Source: Toensbergia leucococca (taxonomy: Eukaryota). Taken from it: a stretch of DNA of 64,000 nucleotides. The position numbers and the translations under genes are program-made. The notes under the pieces were generated by a model. That model ran no database searches. It saw nothing but the letters and a program-made list of their open reading frames with translations, and was not told where the DNA came from. The stretch spans positions 62,001 through 126,000 of the forward strand of contig JALDZS010000016.1 of assembly GCA_022813965.1 (NCBI GenBank). Reading direction: 5' to 3'. Shown piece by piece: positions 28,392 to 39,675 of the stretch. Each line of letters opens with the position of its first letter. Position 1 is the stretch's first letter.

Positions 28392-31154
28392 ATGCCTCAC
28401 CGAGCACCCTCGCCTGCTATCTCCGAGAACGACGTTGACATTTCTCGGGCTCTTCTCGACAATGACGATAGCTCTGCATCCGAAAATGGTGGCGCAACAC
28501 AGCATCCGGACCGCAAAGCCCGTATGCTGGCTCCTGGGAGCGTACTGGATATCGGGGCACTCGAAAGTGGGTCAGACGATGCACACTTTATTGCCGAGAC
28601 TCAGGCTGCATCGAACCGGAAGGCTTCAAACCTGAAAGGAAGAAGTGTAAAGAAAGGCGGTGGCTTTCAAGCAATGGGCTTGAATGCAACTTTATTGAAA
28701 GCCATCACTCGGAAGGGTTTCGCAGTGCCTACGCCAATCCAACGAAAGACAGTTCCCTTGATTTTAGACGGCCAGGATGTTGTGGGTATGGCACGAACCG
28801 GGTCGGGGAAAACTGCAGCTTTCGTTGTCCCAATGATCGAGAGACTTAAGGCTCATAATGCCCAAGTCGGTGCGAGGGCACTAATTTTATCCCCATCAAG
28901 AGAATTGGCGCTGCAGACTCTCAAGGTTGTCAAAGAGCTCGGCAAGGGGACAGATTTAAAAAGTGTGCTGCTTGTGGGAGGGGATTCTTTGGAAGAACAA
29001 TTCGGACTGATGACTGCGAACCCTGACATTATCATTGCCACTCCAGGAAGATTTCTCCACCTCAAAGTTGAGATGTCGCTTGACTTATCGTCCATACGTT
29101 ATGCCGTTTTTGACGAAGCTGATCGTTTGTTTGAAATGGGATTTGCTGCTCAATTGACCGAGATTCTACATGCGTTGCCTCAGCCAAGGCAGACACTACT
29201 ATTTTCCGCCACTTTGCCGAAATCGCTAGTTGAGTTTGCTAGGGCTGGATTGCAAGAACCAAATTTAGTACGGCTTGACGCGGAAAGCAAAATCTCTCCG
29301 GATCTTCAGAGCGCATTTTTTACGATGAAGAGTGCCGAGAAAGAGGGAGCTCTTTTGCACGTGCTCAGCGATATTATCAAGATTCCCGTAGGACAGACTG
29401 AAGGTGCTACCAAGGTAAGAGAAGAAGCAAATAAGCCCAGTAAGAAACGGAAACGTAGCGAAGTTGATGGCGTCAGACCGCAAGAATCTCCAACAGCCCA
29501 CTCAACCATTGTTTTTGCTGCAACGAAACATCACGTCGAGTACCTCGCAGCTCTGCTGCGTCAATCAGGATTTGCTGTTTCACATGCGTATGGGTCCCTG
29601 GACCAGACCGCACGAAAGATGCAAGTACAGGACTTTCGTACAGGCATGACCAATATACTAGTAGTGACAGATGTCGCGGCAAGAGGGATTGATATTCCTG
29701 TACTGGCAAATGTGATCAACTACGACTTCCCTGCTCAGCCTAAAATTTTTGTGCATCGCGTGGGAAGGACAGCAAGAGCTGGTCAAAGAGGCTGGAGCTA
29801 CAGTCTAGTTCGAGAATCAGATGCCCCATATCTCCTGGACATGCAGTTATTCCTAGGCAAGCGGTTGGTGCTTGGGCGGGCAGGGGGCCAGCAGGTCAAT
29901 TACGCCGAGGACGTGGTGGTAGGGAGCGTTGTTCGAGATCAGCTTGAGAGAAGCTGCGAATGGGTTAGCAAGCTTTTAGATGAAGATGCGGAACTCTTGG
30001 CTCTTCGGTCGGTCGCAATGAAGGGCGAAAAATTGTACCTCAAGACTCGCAATGCAGCATCGAGCGAAAGCGCTAGACGATCAAAAGAAGTGGTGACAGC
30101 GAAAAGCTGGGTGGGATTGCATCCTCTATTCAACGATGAGTCGGACCTCATTGAGATCGAGAGGGAGAAAATGCTTGCACGAGTGAGCGGATTCCGGCCT
30201 CAAGAAACGGTATTTGAAATAGGGAAACGGGGAGCCACTAGTGAGGCTGCAGAGATCATGAAGAAGCGGAGGGAGACTATTGACTATAAACGACGCAAGA
30301 GGATGGACCCAGAGAGCGGTGATAACACAAGTTCAGTGAAAGCGCTTGAGGAAGCTCCCACACTGATGGATCGATCTGGCAATTTAGACGAGGAATTTCC
30401 TGCGGGCGACAAGCCAGACATAAAGCTTCTTTCGGAAGAGGAGCTCGAGGTGACATTCTCGCAACCAATGGGAAACAAAGAGAAGCGAAGAGAAGATGGA
30501 GGCAAAGATTCAGAATACTTCATGTCATACACGCCAACCACAGTTAATCTTGCGGAGGACAGGGGCTATGGGGTTCACTCCGGATCGTATAATACTGCAT
30601 CCCAAAATTCAAATTTCGTCCAAGCTGCAAGAAGTGTGACTATGGACCTCAATAATGATGACGGAGCCAAGGCGTTTGCTGAACCTAGCAGAGCACGTGG
30701 GATGCGGTGGGATAAGAAGAACAAGAAATACGTTGAGAGAGCCAATGACGAAGATGGATCGAAGGGGGCAAAGATGATTCGCGGGGAGAGTGGACAAAAG
30801 ATAGCGGCCAGCTTCAGGAGCGGACGCTTTGATGCGTGGAAGAAGTCCAACAAAATGGCACGAGTTCCCCGCACAGGAGAGACGGAGACTATAGCTAGTG
30901 CAGAGAATGGCGGGAATGGGAAGAGGTTCAAGCATAAGCTTGAGAAGGCTCCCAAAGAGGCAGATAGATACAGGGATGACTTTCACAAGAGGAAGAAGAT
31001 GGTGCAGGCGGCAAAGGAGAAGAGAATCGGGAGGTTCAGAGATGGCAGTGGCAAGAGTGAGCTTCGGGGTGTGGATGATGTTAGAAAGGAGAGGGGTCTG
31101 AAGGAGCGGAAAAAGGCGAAGAATGCCAGACCCATGAAGAAGCGCAACTTCTGA
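28392..31154 (+). CDS. DBP10: ATP-dependent DEAD-box RNA helicase Dbp10 (DDX54)
   Basis: [31 protein letters not shown] and [10 protein letters not shown], plus the DBP10 C-terminal segment WDKKNKKYV...GESGQKI. Single ORF. Confidence 0.96.
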   Translation: MPHRAPSPAISENDVDISRALLDNDDSSASENGGATQHPDRKARMLAPGSVLDIGALESGSDDAHFIAETQAASNRKASNLKGRSVKKGGGFQAMGLNATLLKAITRKGFAVPTPIQRKTVPLILDGQDVVGMARTGSGKTAAFVVPMIERLKAHNAQVGARALILSPSRELALQTLKVVKELGKGTDLKSVLLVGGDSLEEQFGLMTANPDIIIATPGRFLHLKVEMSLDLSSIRYAVFDEADRLFEMGFAAQLTEILHALPQPRQTLLFSATLPKSLVEFARAGLQEPNLVRLDAESKISPDLQSAFFTMKSAEKEGALLHVLSDIIKIPVGQTEGATKVREEANKPSKKRKRSEVDGVRPQESPTAHSTIVFAATKHHVEYLAALLRQSGFAVSHAYGSLDQTARKMQVQDFRTGMTNILVVTDVAARGIDIPVLANVINYDFPAQPKIFVHRVGRTARAGQRGWSYSLVRESDAPYLLDMQLFLGKRLVLGRAGGQQVNYAEDVVVGSVVRDQLERSCEWVSKLLDEDAELLALRSVAMKGEKLYLKTRNAASSESARRSKEVVTAKSWVGLHPLFNDESDLIEIEREKMLARVSGFRPQETVFEIGKRGATSEAAEIMKKRRETIDYKRRKRMDPESGDNTSSVKALEEAPTLMDRSGNLDEEFPAGDKPDIKLLSEEELEVTFSQPMGNKEKRREDGGKDSEYFMSYTPTTVNLAEDRGYGVHSGSYNTASQNSNFVQAARSVTMDLNNDDGAKAFAEPSRARGMRWDKKNKKYVERANDEDGSKGAKMIRGESGQKIAASFRSGRFDAWKKSNKMARVPRTGETETIASAENGGNGKRFKHKLEKAPKEADRYRDDFHKRKKMVQAAKEKRIGRFRDGSGKSELRGVDDVRKERGLKERKKAKNARPMKKRNF

Positions 31155-31247
31155 TAGCTAGTCTAAGAGTCTATGAACAGTAGATGTAAGATGTAAAAAG
31201 CAATGAAATACATCTTGTACTGTCGAGTTGAGAGTCGTGACATGAGG

Positions 31248-31298
31248 CCTCGGAGGCTCATCATATATGCTATTCTCGGAGTTAATATTTGGCCTCGG
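31248..31298 (+). promoter_or_regulatory. Two CCTCGG (FarA/FarB-type) sites upstream of peroxisomal Lon
   Basis: CCTCGG at 31248-31253 and 31293-31298, with TCTCGG between them at 31274-31279. Confidence 0.55.
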
Positions 31299-31500
31299 CT
31301 CGTCTTATAACATCGTCACCGTCACCAATACCAATACTGATACGGATACTACTTCATTAGATTATCTATATTCACCCCTCAATACTTCTTCACTCCACTG
31401 TCTTTGATCCTTTTCTACACAAGCAACTACATACTATTTCAATCCAGATAGGAACACCTCTCCTTTGCCCTGAGATCATCACCTAACTTTACTCGGAAAC

Positions 31501-34343
31501 ATGGGTCGGACGCAGCCTAATATCATCCCCATTGTCCCTCTTGCAAAAGGCTCAGTCCTGTTACCGGGTATCACACTACGTGTCCCAGTGGCCAACCGAC
31601 CGGACATTCCTGCTCTTTTGCTCTCTCTCTTCTCGCGAGCCAAAACCCCCAAACCCGACCCTACTGCCATTTCCATCGGCGTCGTCCCCCTCACCTCATC
31701 TCTTCTTAGCTCTGACGGCCAAAATCTCATAGAAGACAAGAGCACAACTCGTCAGCGAAGAGCTGAGAAATTTGAAGTAAACCCAGGCAATGCTGATAAG
31801 GAGGATCTGTTTACATACGGCACTGTTGCTAAGATTTCTGGAGTGCAAGGTCGAAGGCCAGGGGATCTAGCCTTGATCGTGGAAGGCCTAAGGCGCTTCA
31901 GAATCGATAAGATTACCCAAGAGAAACCTTACTTTGAGGCAGAAGTGTCGTACCAAACTGAGGATGGTATGTGCATGATAATTCTTGATACGCAAGTCGC
32001 TAATCAAGACGTCCTGAAGCTGTCCAATCCGACGATACTGAGTTTCAAGACCTCTTCGAACATCTAAAACAGTTATCCCGAGAGCTTCTAGCTCTTGTGC
32101 GACTCTCCTCGCTGCTACCCAGGTCTCCTTCAAGCCTATCGCCAATCCTAGCCCGTCGACTGGAATTATTCATAGCTAAGAAAGATATCGATGAGGCTGG
32201 CGTTTTGGCTGATTTTATGACCAACGTTCTCGATGCATCGTTTGAGGAGAAATTGCGTGTGCTTTCTGCCATAAATCTCAAGGACAGGCTAGAAAGAGTT
32301 ATTGAGTTACTTTCTCGGCAGCTTGGAGGCATCAAGGGCAACGTTAAGATTATGTCAATCACCAGCACGACCTTCCCGCCTCAGGGTATGGACATAGGTG
32401 ACATTACGCAACAACAAAGGGATGCATTAATGCGCCGAACTGCCCACGGTCTTGGCAGCTGGCATATGCCGTCCAACATGTCAGGTAAAGGAGGTGGTGA
32501 GAATAGTGGCGATGAAGAGCCTGATGAGTTGGAAGAGCTCAAGCGAAAGATTGAGGATGCAATGCTCACGCCAGAAGCGCGAAAGGTGGCGGATAGGGAA
32601 TTGAAACGGTTGAAAAAGATGAATCCGGCACAGGCTGAATATGGTGTATGTCGAACATACGTCGAGAATCTCTCAGAAATCCCATGGACCAGAATGACTG
32701 AGGACCGCCTTGGTGCAGAGACATTGACCCGGGCTAGGAAACAGCTTGACGACGATCATTATGGATTGGAGAAGATCAAGAAACGGCTACTCGAGTATCT
32801 GGCTGTTTTGAAGCTCAAGCAAGCTGTCAACGCTGATCTCGAAGCTCAAATGACCAAGGCTAGAGCAGACGCAGCAGCTCTAAGGAAAGACGGGGACGAG
32901 AAATTAACATCAACCCCAGAAGCTGATGCCGATATTGCCAAGATACAGATCCTAAAGAGCAAGCGTACAGTGGATAAGTCACCAATTCTGCTCTTGGTTG
33001 GTCCCCCTGGGACAGGAAAGACGAGTCTTGCAAAATCAGTGGCTACAGCACTCGGTCGTAAATTCCATCGGATTTCTCTTGGTGGAGTTCGTGATGAAGC
33101 AGAGATTCGAGGCCACAGGCGGACATACGTTGCCGCAATGCCAGGTCTGATTGTCAACGGGCTGAAAAAGGTCGGCGTCTCTAATCCAGTCTTCTTGCTT
33201 GATGAAATAGACAAAGTCGGAGGGTCCAACTTCCACGGTGATCCATCAGCAGCAATGCTAGAGGTTCTAGATCCTGAACAGAACTACACCTTTACAGACC
33301 ACTACGTCAATATACCCATCGATCTAAGCAAAGTTCTCTTCATTGCTACCGCCAATACCCGAGACACCATTCCTCCCGCACTCCTAGATAGGATGGAGAC
33401 TATCGGCTTATCCGGTTACACCACAGTTGAGAAACGCCACATTGCAAACCAGCATCTGATCCCAAAGCAAATCACCACCAACGGGCTCGGTGACGGCCAA
33501 GTTGAACTCCCCGATGATGTTGTCGACACAATCATCACGTCCTACACCCGGGAGTCCGGTGTCCGCAACCTTGAGCGTGAAATCGGCTCTGTTTGCCGCT
33601 ATAAAGCCGTGGAATACGCCGACGCCAAAGACGCCTCCAAGCTTGAGTCATACAGACCGCAAGTCTCAGTGGACGACTTGGAAGAAATCCTAGGCATTGA
33701 GCGCTTTGACGAAGAAATCGCAGAGAAGAAATCCGTGCCTGGTATCGTCACGGGGTTAGTGGCTTACTCCACCGGTGGTCAGGGCAGCATTCTCTTTATT
33801 GAGGTGGCAGATATGCCTGGCACCGGTCGCGTGCAACTGACTGGCAAATTGGGGGATGTCCTCAAAGAATCGGTTGAAGTGGCGCTGACATGGGTGAAGG
33901 CGCATTCGTATGACCTCGGCCTCACCCACGACGCCAACGAGGATATTATGAAGAACCGCAGCGTGCACGTTCACTGCCCGTCAGGCGCCATTCCCAAAGA
34001 TGGACCCTCGGCCGGTCTCGCTCACACCATTGCTCTCATCTCCCTCTTCTCTGGCAAAGCTGTCCCGCCGCAGATAGCCATGACCGGGGAAGTCAGTCTG
34101 AGGGGCCGTGTCATGCCCGTCGGGGGCATTAAGGAGAAGCTGATAGGGGCGTTGAGGGCAGGCGTCAAGACTGTGCTCCTACCGGTGGGGAATCGGAAGG
34201 ATGTCAAGGATTTGCCGGCGGAGGTGAAGGAGGGGTTGGAGATTGTGCATGTGGGGTTCATTTGGGAGGGGATTCGGTGTGTTTGGCCTGGAGCTATGTG
34301 GCCGGGGGAGGAGAGGTTTGTGGGGGTTGAGAGTCGCTTGTAG
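31501..34343 (+). CDS. Peroxisomal Lon protease (LONP2/Pln); 2 exons
   Basis: LON N-domain, Walker [17 protein letters not shown], catalytic PKDGPSAG and GGIKEK, and C-terminal PTS1 SRL. Intron at ~31967-32019. Confidence 0.95.
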
Positions 34344-34601
34344 GGCCTTTGGTGAGGGAGATGATGGAGGACAGTGTGTTGTTAAGCTTGGACAGCTGAC
34401 GTTTGCATCAATGGCGCGCTGGGGAATGGGGTTGGTGAGCTTTGTTCGGAATGATTTGATCTGACTTTGGCATGGTTTTTTTATTACATAGCCCTCGTGC
34501 TCCGTCCATGTTCGCACAAGTACATATTTCTCCATAAATGTACATTCATGCATAATGGCTTCCCATTATCTCACGCATCCACCGTACTCACCCCCATTGG
34601 T

Positions 34602-35685
34602 TCATCTCCTCCCTTCCCTACCTTCCCTCAACCACCTCTCCCTCTCCACCTCCATCCCAACCCCATAATCCACCCACCCAGGCCTCCACCTCTCCCCCAC
34701 CTCTTCCACCACCGCCCCCTCCCCATCATTCGCATTCCCTTCCCTCAATCCCGCCTCCCCGCTCCTCCTCTTCCGCGCCGCCTCCACCAACCGCCTCGCC
34801 TCGGCCGCGATGCCCGTCTCCTTCCGCTCCTGCATATACGCGTCGGGCTCGAGGGCTTTCTGCTCCTCCTTTTGCGAGTCTTGGAGGGCGTCGAAGGTTT
34901 CTTTGTCCCAGCTTTTTGTTTTTAAAAGGGGGGGGCAGATGTTAGTTTGGTGTTTGATTTTATGATGTTGGGGGTTTCAAGGGCTAGGGGAGGGAGTGTG
35001 TAGCTTACGGGGAGAAATCTTCCGGTGGGGGGGGGTAGATGAAGGGGCCTTGGCCTGGGCCGGTGGTGGCTAGCTCGACGGTCATTTTTTTCTGGGCGCG
35101 CGGCCGGAACCATCTGTATATCGCAAAAGCGCCCCCACAATTAGCCAGTTCCCGAGCTTCTTTTTTTATTTCTGGCTTATTACATTTTTTAAACGCGCGC
35201 TTTCCACACGCTTTCTCAATTTCTAGAGGCTTTGACGTCTGGGAAGGTTGGTGGGGGGGGCGGGGGGGCAAGGGGAAGAAGGAAAGAAGGAACGAAAAGG
35301 AAAGGGAATTTCGGACTCACCGCCGCGGCTGGCGCAATCTGGCGCCGGGCTTATCCTGGGTGACGCGCTGCTGGATGACATAGGAGCGGATCTTGATGCA
35401 TTTGAGGCCGTAGGCGTGATAGAGATAGTCTTTCAAGTCGAGCTTGTTGAGGGCGAGGGGCGTGAGGAAGGAGGCGAAGTGGGCCGGATTGTAGGTGTTG
35501 CGTAGGAGGGTTAGGGTGAAGTTTGGTCTTTTTTTGGTTGGGGAGGGTTAGATAGAGACTTGGTTGGGTTTTTTTGGGGGGGATGGGGGATGGGGGACGG
35601 GGGGGGGTTACAGGTATATTTTTTTGGTGCCGTTGGGGGGGGAGAAGGTGTTTTGGCGCAGGGGTTGGAGGCGGAGGGAGCGCAT
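34602..35685 (-). CDS. MRP20: Mitochondrial ribosomal protein uL23m; 4 exons
   Basis: The hand-spliced product is KKIYL|PNFTLTLLR...PLALNKLDLKDYLYHAYG...IRSYV...RR|WFRPRAQKKMTVEL...PEDFSP|WDKETF. It is not captured as a single ORF in the track. Confidence 0.88.
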
Positions 35686-36185
35686 GTTTGGGGTTTGAGT
35701 TGGGGGGTGAGCGGGGAGGGGGAAGAGGTGGGTGGAGAGGAGTTTTGGAGCTTGGAGGTTTGATGGTTGAAGATATTGTTTGGGCTGTTTGATTTGGGGG
35801 GATTTGCTTGGCATTCTCGTCTGGTTCCCTGGCACGCTAACTCGATTAGGAACACCAATCAAGTTGCCCACATCTCAGGATACCTTAGGTGGAAATGTAA
35901 GCGGTCCGATTGGTGGTCTCGATTGGGTTAGACTGCCAAGGGGATAGACTTTTCGGCCATACGAGTACTCTCCATCTCATAAGTCAAAGCTCAAGTGTCG
36001 GATCAAGGAGAAAGGAACAAGCGGGCTTTCGTGCTCATTTGGGTAATCATCAGCTAAATTGGGGTGCATCCTCCCTCAGATAACGATGAATAGAGCAACA
36101 AACGTCGTACCGCTACGTCGTCGCGCTTCCAATCCAGAACCCGACAATGGAAAAAACCGACATCCATCCATTTTTCACACACTGT

Positions 36186-38374
36186 TCAAGCGTACAATCC
36201 TCCAGGAAACCTTCCTCCAGGTAATTTACTCCTGACCTCCATCTCCTCTCCTAATTCTACCACCCTTCCCACATCCCTCATCTCAACGCCATAAACTACC
36301 TTCACACCCCCAGTCCCCTTCTTCTCAATCGCATCCGCAATCTCCCTCCCATCCAGCAAAGCACCTCTCCCCTCCAACCGCTTCACTAGACCCTGCAATA
36401 TCCTCGCCGTGACTAGATTACTGTCCGCTCCCACCACAATTGGGCGCGCAATCAACAGGATCAGGCCGACAAGAATGCAGTGGACGCCTGCAATGCAGCT
36501 GGCGAGGGCGATAACGTATTTCCATTGGATAGAGAGGTGGCGGCCTAGGGTAGGGAGGGTACCGGGGATGAGGGTTTGGGGGTTAAGGTTGGCCATTGCG
36601 GCGAGGGAGCCGATTGCAAATTCGGACATGCGCGCGCCGACGGATTGGGGGGACAGGCCTTGGCTTTCCCAGTAGGATCTATACAGTAACGTGAGCTCGT
36701 AGAATCCACTAATTTTGAGGCCTCGGAGCTTAGACAGGAAAAGTGCAGCTTACCCGTATGGATACAATTGGTATTGCTGCCACTCTTTGTCGACACTGCC
36801 GTTGGGATTGGTGTATCTGCCCGATAGCGCAATTGAAGCCGCTGCCAGACGTGCGTTGTCGTTGGGGAGAGCCTGGACCTCGGAGTCTACGTTGCTTACA
36901 TTACCGATAGTGACACCGCACTTAAACAATCTATTTGGACGTTTCATTATTGGGCCCCAATTTTGAAATGCGTAAATCCAGAGACATCTAGGCCCGCAGG
37001 CTTGTGCTGTTGCATTCTGCGGTACGTGGGTCCCATCATAGATATAGGTCGTGGAGTCGTACGCTGCACTAGGTTTGGGGATTTGGATAGTCCCATTGTA
37101 CGTCTCGTTATAATAAATAAAAACCCACACTTCTTGATTGCCATCGGGCCCGTCAACAGCATATGTTCGGGAGCTATCAACGTTATATTGATAGCATTCG
37201 CCGGCAGAGGCTCTAACTATACGGTTGGTAAGATATGGGTAAGAGCGGGCTCTATCTTGAGGGTTGTACTCTGAGTAACGAAAGGCGAATTCATCATTGC
37301 TAGTATCATAGAAGTAAGTGCAGTTTTGAGCGGCAGATTCGATGTCGTGGTCGTTCTTATAGGGACAACTCTTTTCACCACGTGTGATTTCTCCGTATGC
37401 ATGAGCCTGGTTTTGAGCGATTTCCGGGGGAGCTCCGGGCCCTGTGGAATATGGACCATAGTCATAGTAGTGATCAAGCAATGATACGTGAACCGTACCA
37501 TTACTTGTGATTATACTGCTGGAATCTAGGCCGCCGTCTATCGAATAGGTGAGTCCTAGCATCGCGATCGAGGCTTGCGCAAGCTTGATCGAGTCAGCAG
37601 AAATTGCTTCATTGTTGCGTATGTGACAGCACTCACGAGGTTGAGAGCAATCTAGGAAGACTTAGTCAATCTCTGTCAAGAAGTTTCAAGTACAACAAAA
37701 GTCACTCGTCACCGCCACTGTATCTCAGTATGAGATTCAGAGGGAAAGCGACAGACAGCACCGAGTGTATTTTACCACCACAGCATCCAAAGACTTACCC
37801 AAGACGCGCAGACGAATAGAGTCAGAGGCTTCCCGTGCGACTCCCACATAAGTGTGACGAGGTTCATCAGACTTTCACCTCCCAATATCAAATCGGCTTG
37901 ACGGACAGTAAATTCTCGATTGGCCAAGATTCTCCACCGAAGCACCTTTGCCATATCTTTGAACGCTTCCTACAAGCGCGGCAGGCGTCAGATAACGTGG
38001 GTGACTTGAGGCCTTATCTCGTACTCACGAGGAAGTTGAGGCCCAGTGCTAAACTCAGGACGGTAATGATGACGTTGAAAGTAATAACATCAGTATGCCC
38101 GATGTTGCCTTTATTCTCGAATATTTTCAGGATGGCGATAAACAAGCCGACGATAACAGTGGTGATGAGCAGGCGAGGCGCCTGTTCCCTAAACAGTCTC
38201 CGACTCTGTTCTCCTGGCTCAAATTCTCTCGCGCACGATGACTCTGAAGTAACTTTTCATTAGCAAGAAGTCCTGTCTGTGCGGAACCAAGACTGGAATT
38301 TCACTTTCGGCAGGCTTGGGCAATTTTCCTTCATCGAAGGCTCCAGCAGGATTTATTAGGGCTGAATAAGACAT
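36186..38374 (-). CDS. Uncharacterised multi-pass membrane protein with a Cys- and N-glycosylation-site-rich extracellular domain; about 6 exons including a 15-nt microexon
   Basis: The spliced reading is ...LLITTVIVGLFIAILKIF...LSLALGLNFL|EAFKDMAKVLRWRIL...VCASW|IALNL|LAQASIAMLGLTYS...YPYG|SYWESQG...WKYVIALASCIAGVH. Splice phases are compatible throughout. Confidence 0.75.
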
Positions 38375-39675
38375 GGCAACAGGTAGAGCTGGAGCAGGAA
38401 CAGATCCAAGGACTCTTCGCTAGGTCTAGAAAAACAGCAATGAAAGTCTTCTTTGTTGAACTGGTTGGGCTATTTTAAAGGGCCTGATATCAGCGTGGCA
38501 CCGAGGGTCATTGCGCGGCAAAGCAACAGAAATTGAAACAGTGTCGGGAACAATTTTAGCAGCGGGAAAGAATAGACGGTAAGTTGAAAGTCCATCTGGT
38601 GTGTTGTATTGGCTGTGCAGATGACACTGATCATGTATCGATGTGAACAAGCTCGCATCATTGGCTGTCAGCTTTCAGCTTTCAGCTCCCCTGCCGCCAC
38701 ATTCTCCGCCTCCCGTCTCCCCAGCGCCAGTATGAGGCGTAGTCATAACGTACATAAACTAGACTCATAGGTAGGATAGCTCGATAGGTAGGTAGCAGAT
38801 ACCTTAGCACATCATGCAAGCTCGGCGGCACTTAAGACCAAATTAGGTAACGTGGAAAGCGCGAGGTGGAAAATTAAATGGGAAAATGGGGGCCGACCCG
38901 CAGCTATGGCTAGGGCTGAAACAGAAAATACTTTGAGGTACAGAGTAAGGATGACTACCTAGGGCACCTCGTCGAAACCCTAAGGTATCATCCCGAAAGA
39001 ACAAGTAGCCCTCTTTCAAGTTCAAGTCAAATTGATCGAGGTCGCATGTGAAAACAGTAGCTGAATAATGAAGGAAATGGCCGAGGAAGGCAGCTGATCA
39101 GGACTTGCGCTTCTTCCCAATTACTCCCTAGGTAGAATAGGCGTAGAATTCCCGAGGGCTCGGTACCTGAAACACTATGCACCCCTTTTTGAGCCTTACA
39201 AGGTGGGAAGGAGTAGGAGGCATAGAAAAAATGATCTAGTCTAATCGATATTGATCTCCTTGTTCTCGTATACAAATCAAATGACTGACTTTCAAGCATA
39301 AGAGATGCAAGAACGTCCTGTATCTGCCCTACGAATCATTCCTAAATTCCCAATATCCATCTACCAAAATCACCATTTGTATCAATGAACACGATCACCC
39401 ACTCAATTCCAACGGCATATGAGCAAATTTTATCATTATTGCAAAGCCACGTGTGGCTGTTCTGTTGGGAGCAAAGCTAGCTAATTGCACACATCCAAAT
39501 CTCGACATGTACAAGAAACGGATTCCTGACATGACGCTTTTTTCGAAATTGGTATCGTTCATTAATCCTTCCAACGGTACTTTTCTTGAAGCGAACTCCA
39601 GCCGAGCTTACATCCAACCTGCCAGTTCTCTTGCTTCCATGACGCCTGCAACTTTCATTCATGTCACTTTGGACA

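Noticed and set aside
35506..35517. Telomere-like GGGTTAGGG
   Set aside because: Single unit inside an MRP20 exon.
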